From Anthoceros angustus (taxonomy: Eukaryota; Plantae; Anthocerotophyta): 64,000 nucleotides of DNA. The stretch is from contig MU008196.1 of assembly GCA_010909165.1 (NCBI GenBank), positions 248,001 through 312,000 of the forward strand, written 5' to 3'. The notes beneath the pieces are model-generated. The model did no database searches and was not told the origin of the DNA. It worked only from the letters and a program-made list of their open reading frames with translations. The position numbers and the translations under genes are program-made. Of the stretch, positions 35,201 to 49,110 are shown one piece after another; the first letter of the stretch is position 1; the number at the start of each line of letters is the position of its first letter.

Positions 35201-36085
35201 ATAGATTTTTAAGATTGGCCGCCACAAGACTTGAGGAGAGTGCAATGCACAATCTCTTACAAATTGCTTGCAACTGTGGAAATTGCTAAGAAACTGCCCT
35301 CCTCGACCGCAACTGGAGAAGGCAGTTCTGTGAGGTTCCTATTTGGGAGGGCGCCCTCAGATGATGCTTTATAAATTGCCGTCCAAGTGTGATGCGTGCA
35401 TGATTGAGAAATCACTGGCGGAAAGATTCCCTCGCAATGTGGAGCTATGGCCGATGCTCGGCGGAGGTCAATGGAACCAAACCGGGTTGATGGGAATGAA
35501 AGGAGCCAATCCTTGCTCAAAATTATCAAGAGGATGCACTTCACCGCCATCGCCGGCATACGCCCATCCGTCCCTGTGTATGCCCATTCATGTTTATCTC
35601 TCCTCCTCGACTCTAGAATGATGATCCCTAGAATAGAAGATCCAAATTTCATGTTGTAGAAATAAGCAGACATAAAGGCTAATTGTGAGGCACCGAGATG
35701 AAGCTTGAGGGCTTCCACGCAAGGAAGCCCATCTTGGCGGTGCACGTGGTGCTAGAGATATTCTAGTAGATGCTGAATACAATCAAGAAATGGGCCAAAT
35801 ATACAGCTAGTGATGTCCTAGATATATTCCGATTGATGTCCAAATACCTCAGTCAACGAATGATGCTCAAAATAAATAGGATGTTGGATGCGGTGGATAT
35901 GAACAGAGGATGATGGAAATGAAGCATGAGAGGTGGATAAAGGAACCAAGGAAAAATCATTACAGAGTAAGAAGAAGTAATTCAATCTCAAAATTAAAGT
36001 TTTACGTAGAAAACTAAAGTATGATTATTGTGATTAGGTAATGAGATGGGCACTGAGGGATTAGACTTAGCTAATGTCCCTAAGA

Positions 36086-39000
36086 TGTAATTGTTAGCTC
36101 TTAAAGTAGATGTAAATGTCGAACAAAAGAGCGGCCTTTATATAGGCTATGGTTGAGGTGGTTAGGTAGTTATAACAATATGTTGTTGTGAATCACCAAG
36201 TTGTTGTCACCACCAAGTTTTGTAATTACAACAACCAACTACCTAAAGCAACTAAATAGATAACTACCTAATGCCCTAGAAAATAAATTAATGTTTCTAT
36301 GTGACCCAATGAATAGTGCCCAAACTAGATATATTTCACACTAATTCTCACTATGAATGTAGGGGTGAACTCTAGCTTCAAAATGAGGGTCTAAAACATC
36401 AATAGACTTACTTTAATCTAAAGCATTACTTAAAACCATAAACTAAAGCTAAAAAAGGTGAAGATAATATACAAACCTGTATAAAAGTTTTTCTGTGCAT
36501 ACAACTACCGGTACATAGAGCTCCATCAAAATCTGAGTCAGTCTCTGGACAATACAGAGCCCATCAAACTCGAGTTAAGGCCCAAGCCCACTGGGACGTT
36601 AAACCGGCGTTTTGATAAATAAAATCGAGAAGCTGCCATCTATCTACCACCGCCACCCCATTGGTGGGTGCGAGGCTGGTGATGCACGCGCCAACGCCAC
36701 CCACTTGGTTCACGAGGCATCGCAGTGTCTCTGCTGGAAGCCGCTACTTTCTCCCGACTTTGGCGCGACTTTAAGACTCGCTTCTCCTCGCACCCGCGAG
36801 CTGGCTCATCCGGCCAGTTTATATGATCCTCCCCACCCCCTTGTCAAGACTTCATGCTACCTTTAGATTTATGGCATCATACGTCTAACTCGGTGTTATT
36901 TTGCTGTTCGCATATTGCCGTCACATGAGTTGAAGGCCTCGCTGGCCCTCCCCCTCGCGCTGCAGACGGAAAATTGCTGTGAGAGTGGGCCCGATATCGA
37001 CAAATGGGCAGTCATCAGATGCGCGTGGCTACAAGAAGGCAATAGCAGAAGAAGGCACCGCATGAGGCACTACAAACAAGCCGCCTGTGCCTGCATGCGG
37101 TACCGTGATGCCTCAGAGAGAAATGACCAAAGAGGGTCCAAAGTCGTATAGAAGACCCAAATTTTGATGTGAATTTTCCACATATGTGCAAAATCAGTAA
37201 TATGGTTGAAAATATGCTGGAGGAAGAGGAGGACTTGATAGTGCTCATTTAAGACGGGTTGTCATCAAGCAAGTCATAAAGTTGAAAAACCGTAAGTAAA
37301 TAAAAACCTTAAAATGATGGCATAATATGCATGGTCATACAAATACTAATTGTTGGGTGTTGATGCGTATAATCCGAGTCAGCAATTATTCACTACGCCA
37401 AAGGTGAAAATCAAGGAAAAGTCTGGAGCCGTCTCGTGAGTGTCCCGGATAATGATGACTTAACATAGAAGAAGATAGTGCTTCAGAGGAGTCGAGGGCT
37501 CCATGAAGAAGACGTAGCCTCAGAGTCAGGTGTGAGGCAAAATGCTTCTGAGGCTCATCCTAGTGAATATAGCCACATTGGAGGATGGCAACAGAAGGTA
37601 TTAGGGAAGAAAATGGAGAGGAAAAGAGTGAGTAGGAAAAAGGGTAGGAGTACTATATATATGTAAGCTAAAGCTAACATTTTTCCCAATAAAATCTACT
37701 TATGTTTAGATGTAGATAAATGTGTAGGCCATGGGAGATTTGCTCACCACCCATGCACCAAGAGGGAGCAAGAAAAGAAAAATACCCATGTCCCACCTAC
37801 CTACCGGGAATCTATTTTATGCCACTTACTGCACTCGGAGGGAAAGATGACCATGAAATCCCCATGGAATATATGTGAGGAGAGAAAAGGAATAAAATGA
37901 TGTGGTTAGGCATCACATGTAAGCAATATGAAGGACATACGATGACCTTTATAGTGAGTGACCTAACCACTTAATATTACATCATTTCATCACTTAACCC
38001 ATGGGTCGATTGTAGGATCCTTTTGGGCATTAGAGAGAGGCCAAGAGCACTGCGGAAGACTACTTCAGAATTAGAAGAGGAAATAGCAATGCTAGACAAG
38101 CTTTGTGGATTATAGAACTCAGCTACTTCACCTAACTAGCTTAGTTGGCTTTGACCTCTTGTATACCTATTTTCATATGTTTTAAATGCAAATCTCCCCA
38201 ATGACTTGCTATAGATCTGGATTATCTTGGGTTGAAATATATTTAATATTTACTTTTTATTTTCTAACATTTCAAGATATACGGTGATACTACTATATGT
38301 TTGGTTCGGAGTGGAAAACAGTGTAAGCTAAGGCTATAGCACCTCGATTATCACTATGTAGGAGGTGGCCCATCTTGAGGGTGGTCTAATTCAACTCAAA
38401 GCTAATCTCTCCAGACTATGTCTTGGAGACTGAGGTTAGGACCCTATACCGATCTGACAAAGCACAGTTGGTCAGTTTTACTTGACCATGATAGGGTGTT
38501 CCTCCTATGTAATTGTGAGGAGACGAATTTCTTATCCGGATCTCCAAAGATAATCAGACTGATAAATACAGTAATTGTGAAATGATGTGTACATGTTTAT
38601 ACATCAATCCAGTTGTATAGTCCCTTTCTAAATATCCACAATATCCTTTGACACATTGCACAATGTTGTTCGTCGGTTCTCTAAATTGGGAGATCTACTA
38701 ACTTCAAAAAGATATGTCAGCTGTGTCTGCATGTTAAATATATTAAAGTACCTACAGCATGTTTGTATGGTACACCGACATTTCTGCTTTTTTCTCTCAG
38801 ATTTGTTTCTGTACTCATATCACCTGAGCCCGTGCCACTAGGAAATGGTGGTCGCTAGCTTAGCATCTTCTAGTCCAAATTTGGATAGACTTTCCTTGAT
38901 GTAATTCATTCCAGTTAAGGAAATGTATTAATTTCTATCCCTTGTAATATTAACTCAAGAGCATAAGCAGATCTCCCACCATCATTTCATAATGACTTCT

Positions 39001-42000
39001 TAACCATGCCTTGATTTCAAATAATGGGAGAGTGAGGATGATGCTAAAAATAAGTCATCCATATAATAAGAGGTAAATTGTGTATTGTTTGGTCTTGAAG
39101 ATATATGCTTGCATCGCTTTTGCTTTGGTACAAAACCATATTTTGTAAGTTTGTTTATATATATCATTGTTCCATTCTTTGCTGACTGCTTTAGGCCATA
39201 CATGCCTTTATTAGCCACACCAAATCTTCTTTACCTTTGACCATAACCTTGTTGTCTCATATATTTCTTCTTGTATCCACTACAGAGAAATTTTACATCC
39301 ATCATATGGAGATGTAAATGTTGAGTGACAAGGCAATGATCATTACGAGGGAAGCAAATTTTGCATACGGAGCATAGGTAGCTTGTGATATAATCTAAAC
39401 CTGTATTTGGGTAAACCTTCTAGCTACTAGTCTTGCCTTTATATCTTTCAATGGAACCACCCTTACGCTTTGATTTTAAATACCCATTTACTTCCAACTA
39501 TTTTTCTCCCTTTGGGTGGTTTAACTAATTCCATGGTAGAATTTTCTACTAGAGAGTTATATCAATCTACAATACCTTCCACACAAGTCTTCCTGGAGAG
39601 TAAAGTGTTCTTGCTTTAAGGTTAGCGTCGGGATCAACTCATGGGCTTTGTATACAATTTTGATAATATGAAGTAATGGGAGAAATAGGATCATCGCAAC
39701 TAGATATCCACAAGGTGGTTCCTTCCATCCAGCAGTCCCGCAATGAGGTCTAGTTCTCCAATTGTACCGTGCAAAAGCAGTTGTTGAATATTTTCCACGT
39801 CACCACTCTATGAGCCGGTTCTAACAGGAAACTGGGCCTCATCTTCGTGCCTCGCCGAAGTTTATCTCATGTCAAGGCCTAAGCTCATCCTCAAAGGGAA
39901 TGCGATATTGGCCACGAATTTCAACATTATATAGTGATATTCATCTTCAAGATGTATAGGTTCTCAGATGTCGCGATCCCGGTCCGGATCCGTGTAATTG
40001 GTGTCTTGGATATATTCTAACTCCTCCTCCTCCTCCAAATAGGTTCAACTAGAGGAACTGTATAGGAGGAGGTGGATGAATAATGACAAAATCCGCCATG
40101 AAAGGAAGGCCCGATGCTCGTGCCGAGGAGCATCGTGAGGTAAATAAGTCGAGCGCATCAAGGGGAAAGAGTATGGGACTCATGGAAAGTCACGCCCTCG
40201 GCATAGATGAGCTGTAGAAGGGCTAATAATTTATATCCTTTAATACCTTCGCAGCCAATGAAATTTATTTTGGGATCCAGCTGGCGTTGTACTTTAGGAA
40301 TAAACATATGTTGTGGGATCCAAAATCAAGATGATCAATAGAAGGCTTTCTACCAAAGAATGCTTCATAGGGGTCATCCCATGGACTGTACAAGGGTGCG
40401 GCATTAATGAGATGTGGCTCAACATGGTTTCAAATTTAATAACTTTGGATAGTTTGGCTTGTAAGTAAACAACCAAAGGACTTTTGAAGGCGAATATTCT
40501 CAAGTACGCCCATTTTGTCGAGGAGTGTACATCGTGAATTGCTTATACCTTCAGCAAGGCAAAATCAGCAAATTGGATGTAAACTCAGCTCCATTGTTCG
40601 AGCGCAGAGTTTTGAGTTTTATCTCGTAAGTCTCTCGCCCACATCATATACCCTTGAAAAATGAGAAAGCTTGGCTTTTATGATTTAAGGATGTGTGAGG
40701 ACAAATCGAGAGTAATCATCTGCTGAAGGTTAAGAACACTGCGATCCACTAAATGAAGGATATGCGTATATGGACCACAAATCAGATGAACCAACTCTAA
40801 GTGCCTTAGCCCGATGTGGAGATGGATTATGAAAAGGGGCTTGATGTCGCTATGATGACGCAAGCTTCACACCATGAAAGAGGTTCATTTAGTAGACATG
40901 GTGTTCTATAATACCCTTTAGACATTTGGAACAGCTTTTGGCTATTAGGGATGACCCTAATGAATGCCAAAGCATAGTATTGGAGGAGGTGATGTAATGG
41001 GATGGGTAGCTACATTGATGAGATGTACGGACCCACTTGACTTTAAAGTTATAGACTTCATCTAGTGTACCGGTTGTGGACAGTGGAATCTATTGGTAGT
41101 AAGAAAGAAGACATATCTCGCTTTGAAGAATAATTGCATACTATGTTCTCGAACATAGGCTAGCGGTCGACACTAAGTTTTTACACATGGATGGTACACA
41201 TGACATGGGGAAAGAGTAAGAACATGTCCCGTAGCATCTTAATACCATTGTGAACCTACACCCGAGATAGTGAGGTTATGATCATCGCCTAGGAGGACCG
41301 TTGATGTCCTTTTGCCGCGAATAAGACTCAAAAGAGTTTATATCGCGGAGGCATGGATGTTGCCTAAGTACCATGATCAATTTTGAGGGCTTGATGATGC
41401 CAAGGCATAATCACCATGGTGTTGCTGGAGAATACTTCTTCACCGCAACATGTGCTCTGTGGGTGGCCTCCTTCTTAGGCTCACTGCTCTTCTTTTTCAA
41501 ATTCCTTCTCCACATGATTTGTCATTCTACCACCTACATAACTCCACTCTTCTTGTTGCCTCATGTGTAATGAAGAGTTTAATCCTCAGGAGGATATTGA
41601 ATGTGATTCGGGTCTTGAGTGAAAGGTACGTTACCGCTGCCACGGCCACTTTGCCTCACCTCGCCCTGTAACATCACCGTCTGGGTGGATCGGGGATTCT
41701 CACAAGCAGCGCCCTCCCAATAATGGCTGCTATTAATTCACTAACGTACTATATCCTGTCGAGCCACCAATTTTATGTTTCGAGCGGCTCTAGGACGATT
41801 TTGTGTTGTCACAATATAGGAGGGTGGCAAGGTAGCAAGGAGAGCAACAAGTCCGCTTCACCATTTTCTTCTTGAAGATGCTTCAAAATTATTTTTATAA
41901 CGGAAGCACTTAAATGATGATCAATGGAATCACCTCCATCTTCATAGTATAAAGGTGACATGTGGCTTAATAAACTCATACCATCTTTAGAAGCATAAAG

Positions 42001-43518
42001 TTGGGCAAGATGCTCCCACATTTCGCAGAGGTGTCCGCTTGAGCAACTTGGTACCATCTCCGGTAAGGCCATTCATCAAGACGCCTCGTGCTCTCCGATC
42101 TTTATTTTCCCAATCTTCTATTAAGTCTTTGGTCCCAAATGGAACATGTTTCGATCTACCGATGATGTCCATAAGTCATGGCTACGCAGACTCCTTGGGC
42201 TGCTTGCCACATCATATCCTTTTCCATTGAATCTATCTTTGTCTTTGAAGTTGTGACCGAATCACTTGTAATTTGATTCATGCCTCTTTAGCTTTCTTCT
42301 CATCTGCTTAAAATTCTCCCACTCTTGCCGCTAGATTGTTGTTCCATTAGCCATTTGGCCTTTTGAGCTCCAAAAATCAGTCTTCCGGGCAAAAGTTCAT
42401 CCATCAACCTGATCCCACCATTGGTGAGTTTATTGATGCATTACGTACAGTGGCACGCACTGATTTCTTTTAGCGGAGAAGAGGCGCGGTCAGCACAAAG
42501 ATTTTCAAAATGGATAATCGCATCGCCATCGGAATCTGCAGACTTACAATCAATGAGGGAACACCTTTACTACGAAAGGTCTTTAAGATCAAGAATGATG
42601 TTAACTTGGGTATTGTAAATCAATTTCTCATTAGTAGCAGATTAAGTCAAGTTCGCCTAATGGAGTCAATGGATTAGCCACAGGCCGAAATAAGACGTTA
42701 CGGTAATTCACCAACTCAACACAATCTTCGCAAAGAGCCCACTTCAATGCAGATTAGGAGAAAGAAGATGTTAGCCTTATTGTCTATGTACTTTGAAATA
42801 GTGATTCTAGCACTATTGAAGAAGGCTAAATGAAGTTAGGAGACTTCTGAGCATAAATTATATTATTTTACTCTATCTCCGGACTTAGACAAGAGGGCTT
42901 CATGAGACAACATACTTGTTCTTCAACAACATCACCTTTGTGGAGAGTTGAGATCAAAATCCTTTGAATGAAGGATGATTTGTGTTGTTGTTGTCTTCTT
43001 TGAAGCCTTGTTCTTCTTAAATTCTTGTCTGCTTGGATTGAAGAAATCCATGGAGGGCGTATAAGAGATCGACATAATTGACAAGTGCATCCTTACAACT
43101 TTATGCAAGTCAGGATGATTGCCGCCAAAGCAAGTTCTCCACGCATGATCTTCAAATGAAAAGTCAAGTCGCAAATGCATTGATGAGAGAAGTGCCTTGA
43201 GCAGGCAAGCAAAGGATGCTCAATCACAGAGAGCTACCATGCTGATACCATGATGATAATCAATGGCTCTTAGGCGCATGAGATACGATACAAATGAATT
43301 AATCAAAGAGTAAAGCATAAGGCTAAGGGTTGAGGTGGTCATAAAAATATGTTGTTGTAACTACCAAGTTGTTGTAAATTACCAAAGTTGTTGTAACATT
43401 ACTAACAACTAACTACCCAAGCAACTAAATAGATAACTACCTAATGCCCTAGATGATAAAATAATGTTTAAGGATGTGGCCCTTATGAATAGTGCCCTAA
43501 ACTAGATATATTTCATCA
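36086..43518 (-). mobile_element. Copia D, copy 3
   Basis: Near-exact mirror of 19882-27314; TAAGA at 36081-36085 and 43519-43523. Confidence 0.9.
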
Positions 43519-43909
43519 TAAGAGACCTAAAAGTGCTAGAAAGGACAAGTATGACATACCCGAGGTAGTATTGCCAATACCTGCATTTAATTGAAAATGT
43601 ACCTAATCATCTCGGGATATAGAGAATGCAGACCCCGTAAGAATATGTATGCTGTGAAACAGGATCCATATGGTGGATTGGTTATGAGCCATGTAAGGAG
43701 TATAAGGGCCATGTGAAGCACACATATTGTGAGTAGTGAACAAAAAACTAAAAGTTAGTAAAAGTATGTGAATTTCTAAAACTTAAATACTAAGAAATTG
43801 ATCAGGTTCAATGGGCATCACGAGAAGAGAGGACATATAAGATTCTGAGATAGATAATGAACTGAATTATTTAGACAAAATAACGGACTTAGAAAATGAA
43901 GGTAGATTA

Positions 43910-44400
43910 AGGATGATTTGGGCTTGATGTCTAAGACCCTAAACTTTCATATGCTTGCTATGTAAATCTCTTCCTAAAGACTTAGTTAACAAATCAGCGA
44001 GTTTTCCCGAGTTTGTATATAATTAATATCTATGGTTTGTTTTCTAACATTTCTTTATGTAATGGTACTGATCGCTATGTGTTTCCCGGAGGAAAATGGT
44101 GGTTCCTAGCCAATGCTATTGCCCTCTTGAGTATCACTAAACAGGTAGGCCTGTTGCGGTGATGGTTTAACCCACCAAAGCTAACCCGCACCATACAATA
44201 TCCTTAGCCATCGAGGTTAGTACCCCATACTCCGACTGCACTGGACAGGCAATAGTGGCTGTTTCACTTGACCATGAGATAGGGCCTTGGCTAGCAGGAG
44301 TTCATAAATCGACATCGATTCTTTATATCAGATCCCCAAAGATAGCTCAAGACTATGTCATATATTATTTCTTTATACTTGGTGTATGTTGATAAACTAA
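43910..44400 (-). pseudogene. Copia C RNase H fragment, copy 3
   Basis: Mirror of 19000-19490. Confidence 0.8.
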
Positions 44401-47400
44401 TCCTCAGATTCATCGCACAGCCTCCCATCCTCCCAGTCCTTCGCTTTGTGTGCAGAATTTCGCCTACTGCAAGCCAACGCAGTTGTCCGGCAGAGAGGAG
44501 AACGCTGCCACGGGAGTGTTGGGCTGAGGGTTTGGTCTTTGTGCAGCCTCGCTGTATTGCTTGCTCCCCGCAAGTGCCTAAAACGAATTACTCCTTGTGA
44601 ATGGTTGTCAGAATTTTTTGCTTGAGTGTGGCAATGCTCAAGGAACCTCACCTGAGGTAGACTGCAGAGAAAGACTGAGGCCTCATTCTGCACAAACCAC
44701 ATAGTAACCGCCCAAGGAAGAACTCACATCTCCTGGACGGAATTTATAACAGCCGTATGGGCGAGTTGGAATTAATGAGTCAAAGCAATTGATGTTACAA
44801 TAGGAGATTGTGGAGGAAAGAAGGTTGATGAGTAGAGAAGAGGAGGCGTTGTTGACTGAGGAGTTGTGAGAGAATTAGAGTGTAGGAAAACCGGGCTGTG
44901 CAGCCCATGGGACCTAATCCCAAATCAGAAGAAGAGGCGCCCTGTGTGGAGAGGAGGTCCAGGAATGGACAAAACGCGTGGGGTCAGTCCCAGCCTGGCT
45001 TTATAGACGCCGTAAGACGTGACTGCAATCGTGCAGCCGTAGGTTGAGGCTTGGACCGCAGACAGCGGCGTAGCTTATAGAGGGAGCGTGAGAGGGCGCC
45101 TTGCTTAGAAGGTTGGAGGTAGTGTAGCCGCAGCAAAGTGATTGATTTCAAGATCCAGCTCACAAGTCTCAGCGGGATAAACCTAACGTATTTAAACGAC
45201 AAAGTGGACAAGTGTGGTGAGGTATCTCGGCCCCTGGATGCCTCACATTTTGGCGCTGCCCGGGAGCATCTCAAGCTTCCCGGATCTGCCCCACATTTTG
45301 GCGCTGTTGGGGGAGCATCTTGCCCCGGATCTTCCCATATTTTGGCGCCTGTGCCGGAGCATCTGAAGCCCCGGATCCGCCTCCCACACGAGGCTTCCCC
45401 AGCGGCCACACTCATCCCACTCATCACTGTGACGTTGTTGGCCTCCCATGACTTGTGGAGGGATCCCGGCCCCCAGATGCACCCTCTAGCGGCCACACTT
45501 ATACCCACCTCTGTCAAGCCAGACGCTGGGTTTTGCCCCATGAGACTTGGGAACCACGGATCTTGAGAAATCACCACTAGCTGCAGCTACACACTACCCC
45601 TTCTAAACAAGCAAGGCGCCTCACGCCTCTATAGCAAGCACATGACCGCTCAGAATTCACCACGCCCAACCTACAACCCATACCCACAATTGCAGGCCCT
45701 AACAAGAAGGTTCCCACGTGCCTCAGTGGACCCCTGACCACACCGCAACTTTGTCCCTCACCCTAAGACCACTCTTCCACAAAAAGAACATTTGGGATTC
45801 TGGCCCCTTAGGCTCGCCGTGGCCTCCGCTTCCTACGCCACCTCCTCAACTCTCTCAATCAACAACGCCTCCTTCTCTACTCATCTAACCTTCCTTCCTC
45901 CACAATCTTCTACTCTAACACCGATTGCCGGCTCATTAATCTTAATCCCCGGCCCTTACGGCACAACCGCCGGGTCCGTCTCGAAATTAACGAGTTCTTC
46001 CCTGGGGTCGCCTATTGTTATGTGGTGTGTACTGCATGAGAACCTCCAGGAGTCTTCTTCCTGCAGCCTTCACCTCGGCCGAGAGTTCCTTTAGCATCGC
46101 CACACACACTCAAAGCAAAAACACCACATAAAGAATTCATTCACAGTGGAGTACGTGGCGCCAGGAAGAAAGCAAGTCACCAGCACTCGGTCACGCCGTT
46201 TTCCTTTCTGTTTTATCGGGAGCTACCGGGCGACGAATTATTGTCAGTGAGTGACTCAGAAGGCAAGACACGAGCATTCTTATTTCCTCACAAGCCCCGA
46301 GGAAGCCGGAAGCAAATTATCGCAGTTCCCTATGCTCCCATCCTCCCGAGTCCTTCACTTGTGTGCAGGAATTCTCACCGCAGCCAACGCAAAGGTTCTG
46401 CAGAGAGGAGAAGGCCACGGAAAGGCTGAGGGTTGCTCGCAGGCGCCGTTGTGCCAGAATGGTTGTCAGGAATTGTTTTAGCTTTGAGGTGTGTGGCGAT
46501 GTCAAGGAACTCTGGGCCATAAGGGTATCTGCAGGAAAGACTCCCGAGGTTCTCGCTGTCTGCACACACCACATAGCAACCGCCCAAGGAAGAACTCACA
46601 CTTTTGCAAAGAGTGGAGCGCTGTGTAATAGGAGGGTATAGGCTGACGAGCCAAAGAAGATTGTTGTTAGAGTAGAAGATTGTGGAGGAAGGTGAAGGAG
46701 AGAGTAGAGAGCAGAGAGTTGGAGAGAGTTGTGAGGAGAACTGTCGGAAAACGGCCACAGTGAGCCCAAGGGACTAATCAAATGTTGCCGCAGGAGAAGA
46801 GTGGTCTTGAGAGTAGGGACAAAGTTAAGGTGGGGTGGGGTCCCCGGCGCTCGTGATAGACGCCTGTTAAGACGGACTGCAATTGTGTGGTGTCGCCAGG
46901 TTGAGGCGCAGTGAATTCCACGGGCAAAGACATGCGGTGTAGCTTATAGAGGAGCGTGAGAGGGCGCCTTGCTTGTTTTAGAAGGCCGAGGTAGTGTGTA
47001 GCCTAGTGATCGATTTCTCAAGATCCGACTGCTCCACAAGTCTCATGGACGAAACCCAACGCATTTAAACGATGGTATAAGTGTGGGCCGCTAGAGGGTG
47101 CATCTCGGAGCCCCGGATCCGCCTCCCACACAAGTCTCATGGACGAAACCCAACGCACGTAAGTGATAGTGGACAAGTGTGGCCGCTAGAGGGGAAGCCG
47201 TGGGAGGCAGATCCCGGCCCGAGATGCCCCGCAACGGCGCGCCAAAATGTGGAGGCGATCCCGGCTTCCGAGATGCTCCCCAAGAACGCGCCTAAAAATG
47301 TGGGAGGCAGATCCCGGGGCTTCCCAGATGCCTCCAGAACGGGCGCCCAAAATGTGGGAGGTGATCCCGGGCCCAGATGCACCCTCTAGCGGCTACACTT

Positions 47401-48199
47401 ATCCCACCGCCGCTTCGCACGCTGGGTTTCGGCCCCCATGAGACTTGTGGAACCATGGATCTTGAGAAATCAATCACCGCACGCACACTACCTCAACCTT
47501 CTAAGCAAGCACGCTCACGCCCCCATATAGGCTACACTGCATCGCTTCTTAAAGCCTCAAACCTACAACGACACCACAACACGATTGCAGTCACGCCTTA
47601 ACAAGGCGTCATCACGTGCCCCTCGACCCCACACCGCAATTTGTCCTTATTCCTAAGACCACTCCTCCACACAGGAGCGCCTCATCGCAGATTTGGGATT
47701 CATCCCCTTAGGCTTTGCCTCGTGGCCTCCTACACTCTAATTCTCCTCACAACTCTCAATCAACAACGCCCTCCTCTTCTACTCATCTAACCTTCTTTCC
47801 TCCACAATCTCCCCGTCAGAACATCAATTGCTGGCTCATTAATTCCAACTCGCCTCACGCACAACCGCCTGGGTCCGTCCTCGGAATTAATTTAGTTCTT
47901 CCTTGGGCTTAAGTGTGAGTTTGTACCAGACAATGAGAACCTCCAGTGGAGTCTTTTCAGCCTCACCGTTTGGCCGAGAGTTCCTGAGCATTGCCACACA
48001 CTCAAAGCAAAAAATTCAGCTAACCATTCACGTGAGTAATTGCCAGGCACTTGCAGGGAGCAACTGCGGCAGGCTGTGAAGACCAAGCCCTCACCAACAC
48101 CGACCGCCGCTTTCTCCTCTCTACTGTGACGCATGGGCTGCAAATGCAAAATTCCCCGCACAAAGCGAAGGACTCAGGAGGATGGGAGCGTACGATGAA

Positions 48200-48857
48200 T
48201 ATGTGATTAGTTTATCAACATACACCAAGTATAAAGAACCAATATTAATAAAGATATGTCGATGCGATTAGTGGGGATCCCGATATAGAAGATCGACGTT
48301 ATGAACTCCTACTCGCCAAGGCCCCTATCTCATGGTCCAAGAAGAAACAACCCACTATTGCCCCGTCCTCAGTACCGAGTCGAGTATAGGTACCAACCTC
48401 AGAGCTAAGGATATTGTATGGTGCAAAAGGCTTTGAGTGAGTTAAACCATCCGCAACAAGAGCCTACTACCTCATGAGTGATACTCAAGGAGCAATAGCA
48501 TTAGCTAGGAACCCTGTTTTTCACTCCAGGACCAAACACATAGCAGTTGAGTACCATTACATAAGAGAAATGTTAGAAAACAAAACCATAGATATTAATT
48601 ATATACAAACTCAGGAAAACTCAGCTGATTTGTTAACTAAGTCTTTAGGAAGAGATTTACATAGCAAGCATATGAAGAGTTTAGGGGTCTTAGACATCAA
48701 GCCCAAATCATCCTTAATCTACCTTCATTTTTCTAGAAGTCCAGTATTTTGTCTAAATAATTCATTATCTATCTCTAGAGAATCTTCCGACATGTCCTCT
48801 CTCTCATTGAAAGTGCCCACATTGAACCTGATCAATTTCTTAGTATTTAAGTTTTAG
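48200..48857 (+). pseudogene. Copia C RNase H fragment, copy 4 (best preserved; ORF 48474-48857)
   Basis: SDTQGAIALARNPVFHSRTKHIAVEYHYIREMLENKTIDINYIQTQENSADLLTKSLG, the canonical Ty1/copia RNase H C-terminus. Confidence 0.93.
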
Positions 48858-49110
48858 AAATTCACATACTTTTACTAACTTTTAGTTTTGTTTCATACTC
48901 ACAATATGTGTGCTTCACATGGCCCTTATACTCCTTACATGGCTCATAACCAATCCACACCATATGGATCCCCTCGCTTCGCATATATATTCTTCCGGTA
49001 TCTGCATTCTCTATATCCCGTGATGTATTAGGTACACATTTTCAATTAGTCCATTGCTAATACTACCCTGTATGTCATACTTGTCCTTTCTAGCACTTTT
49101 AGGTCTCTTA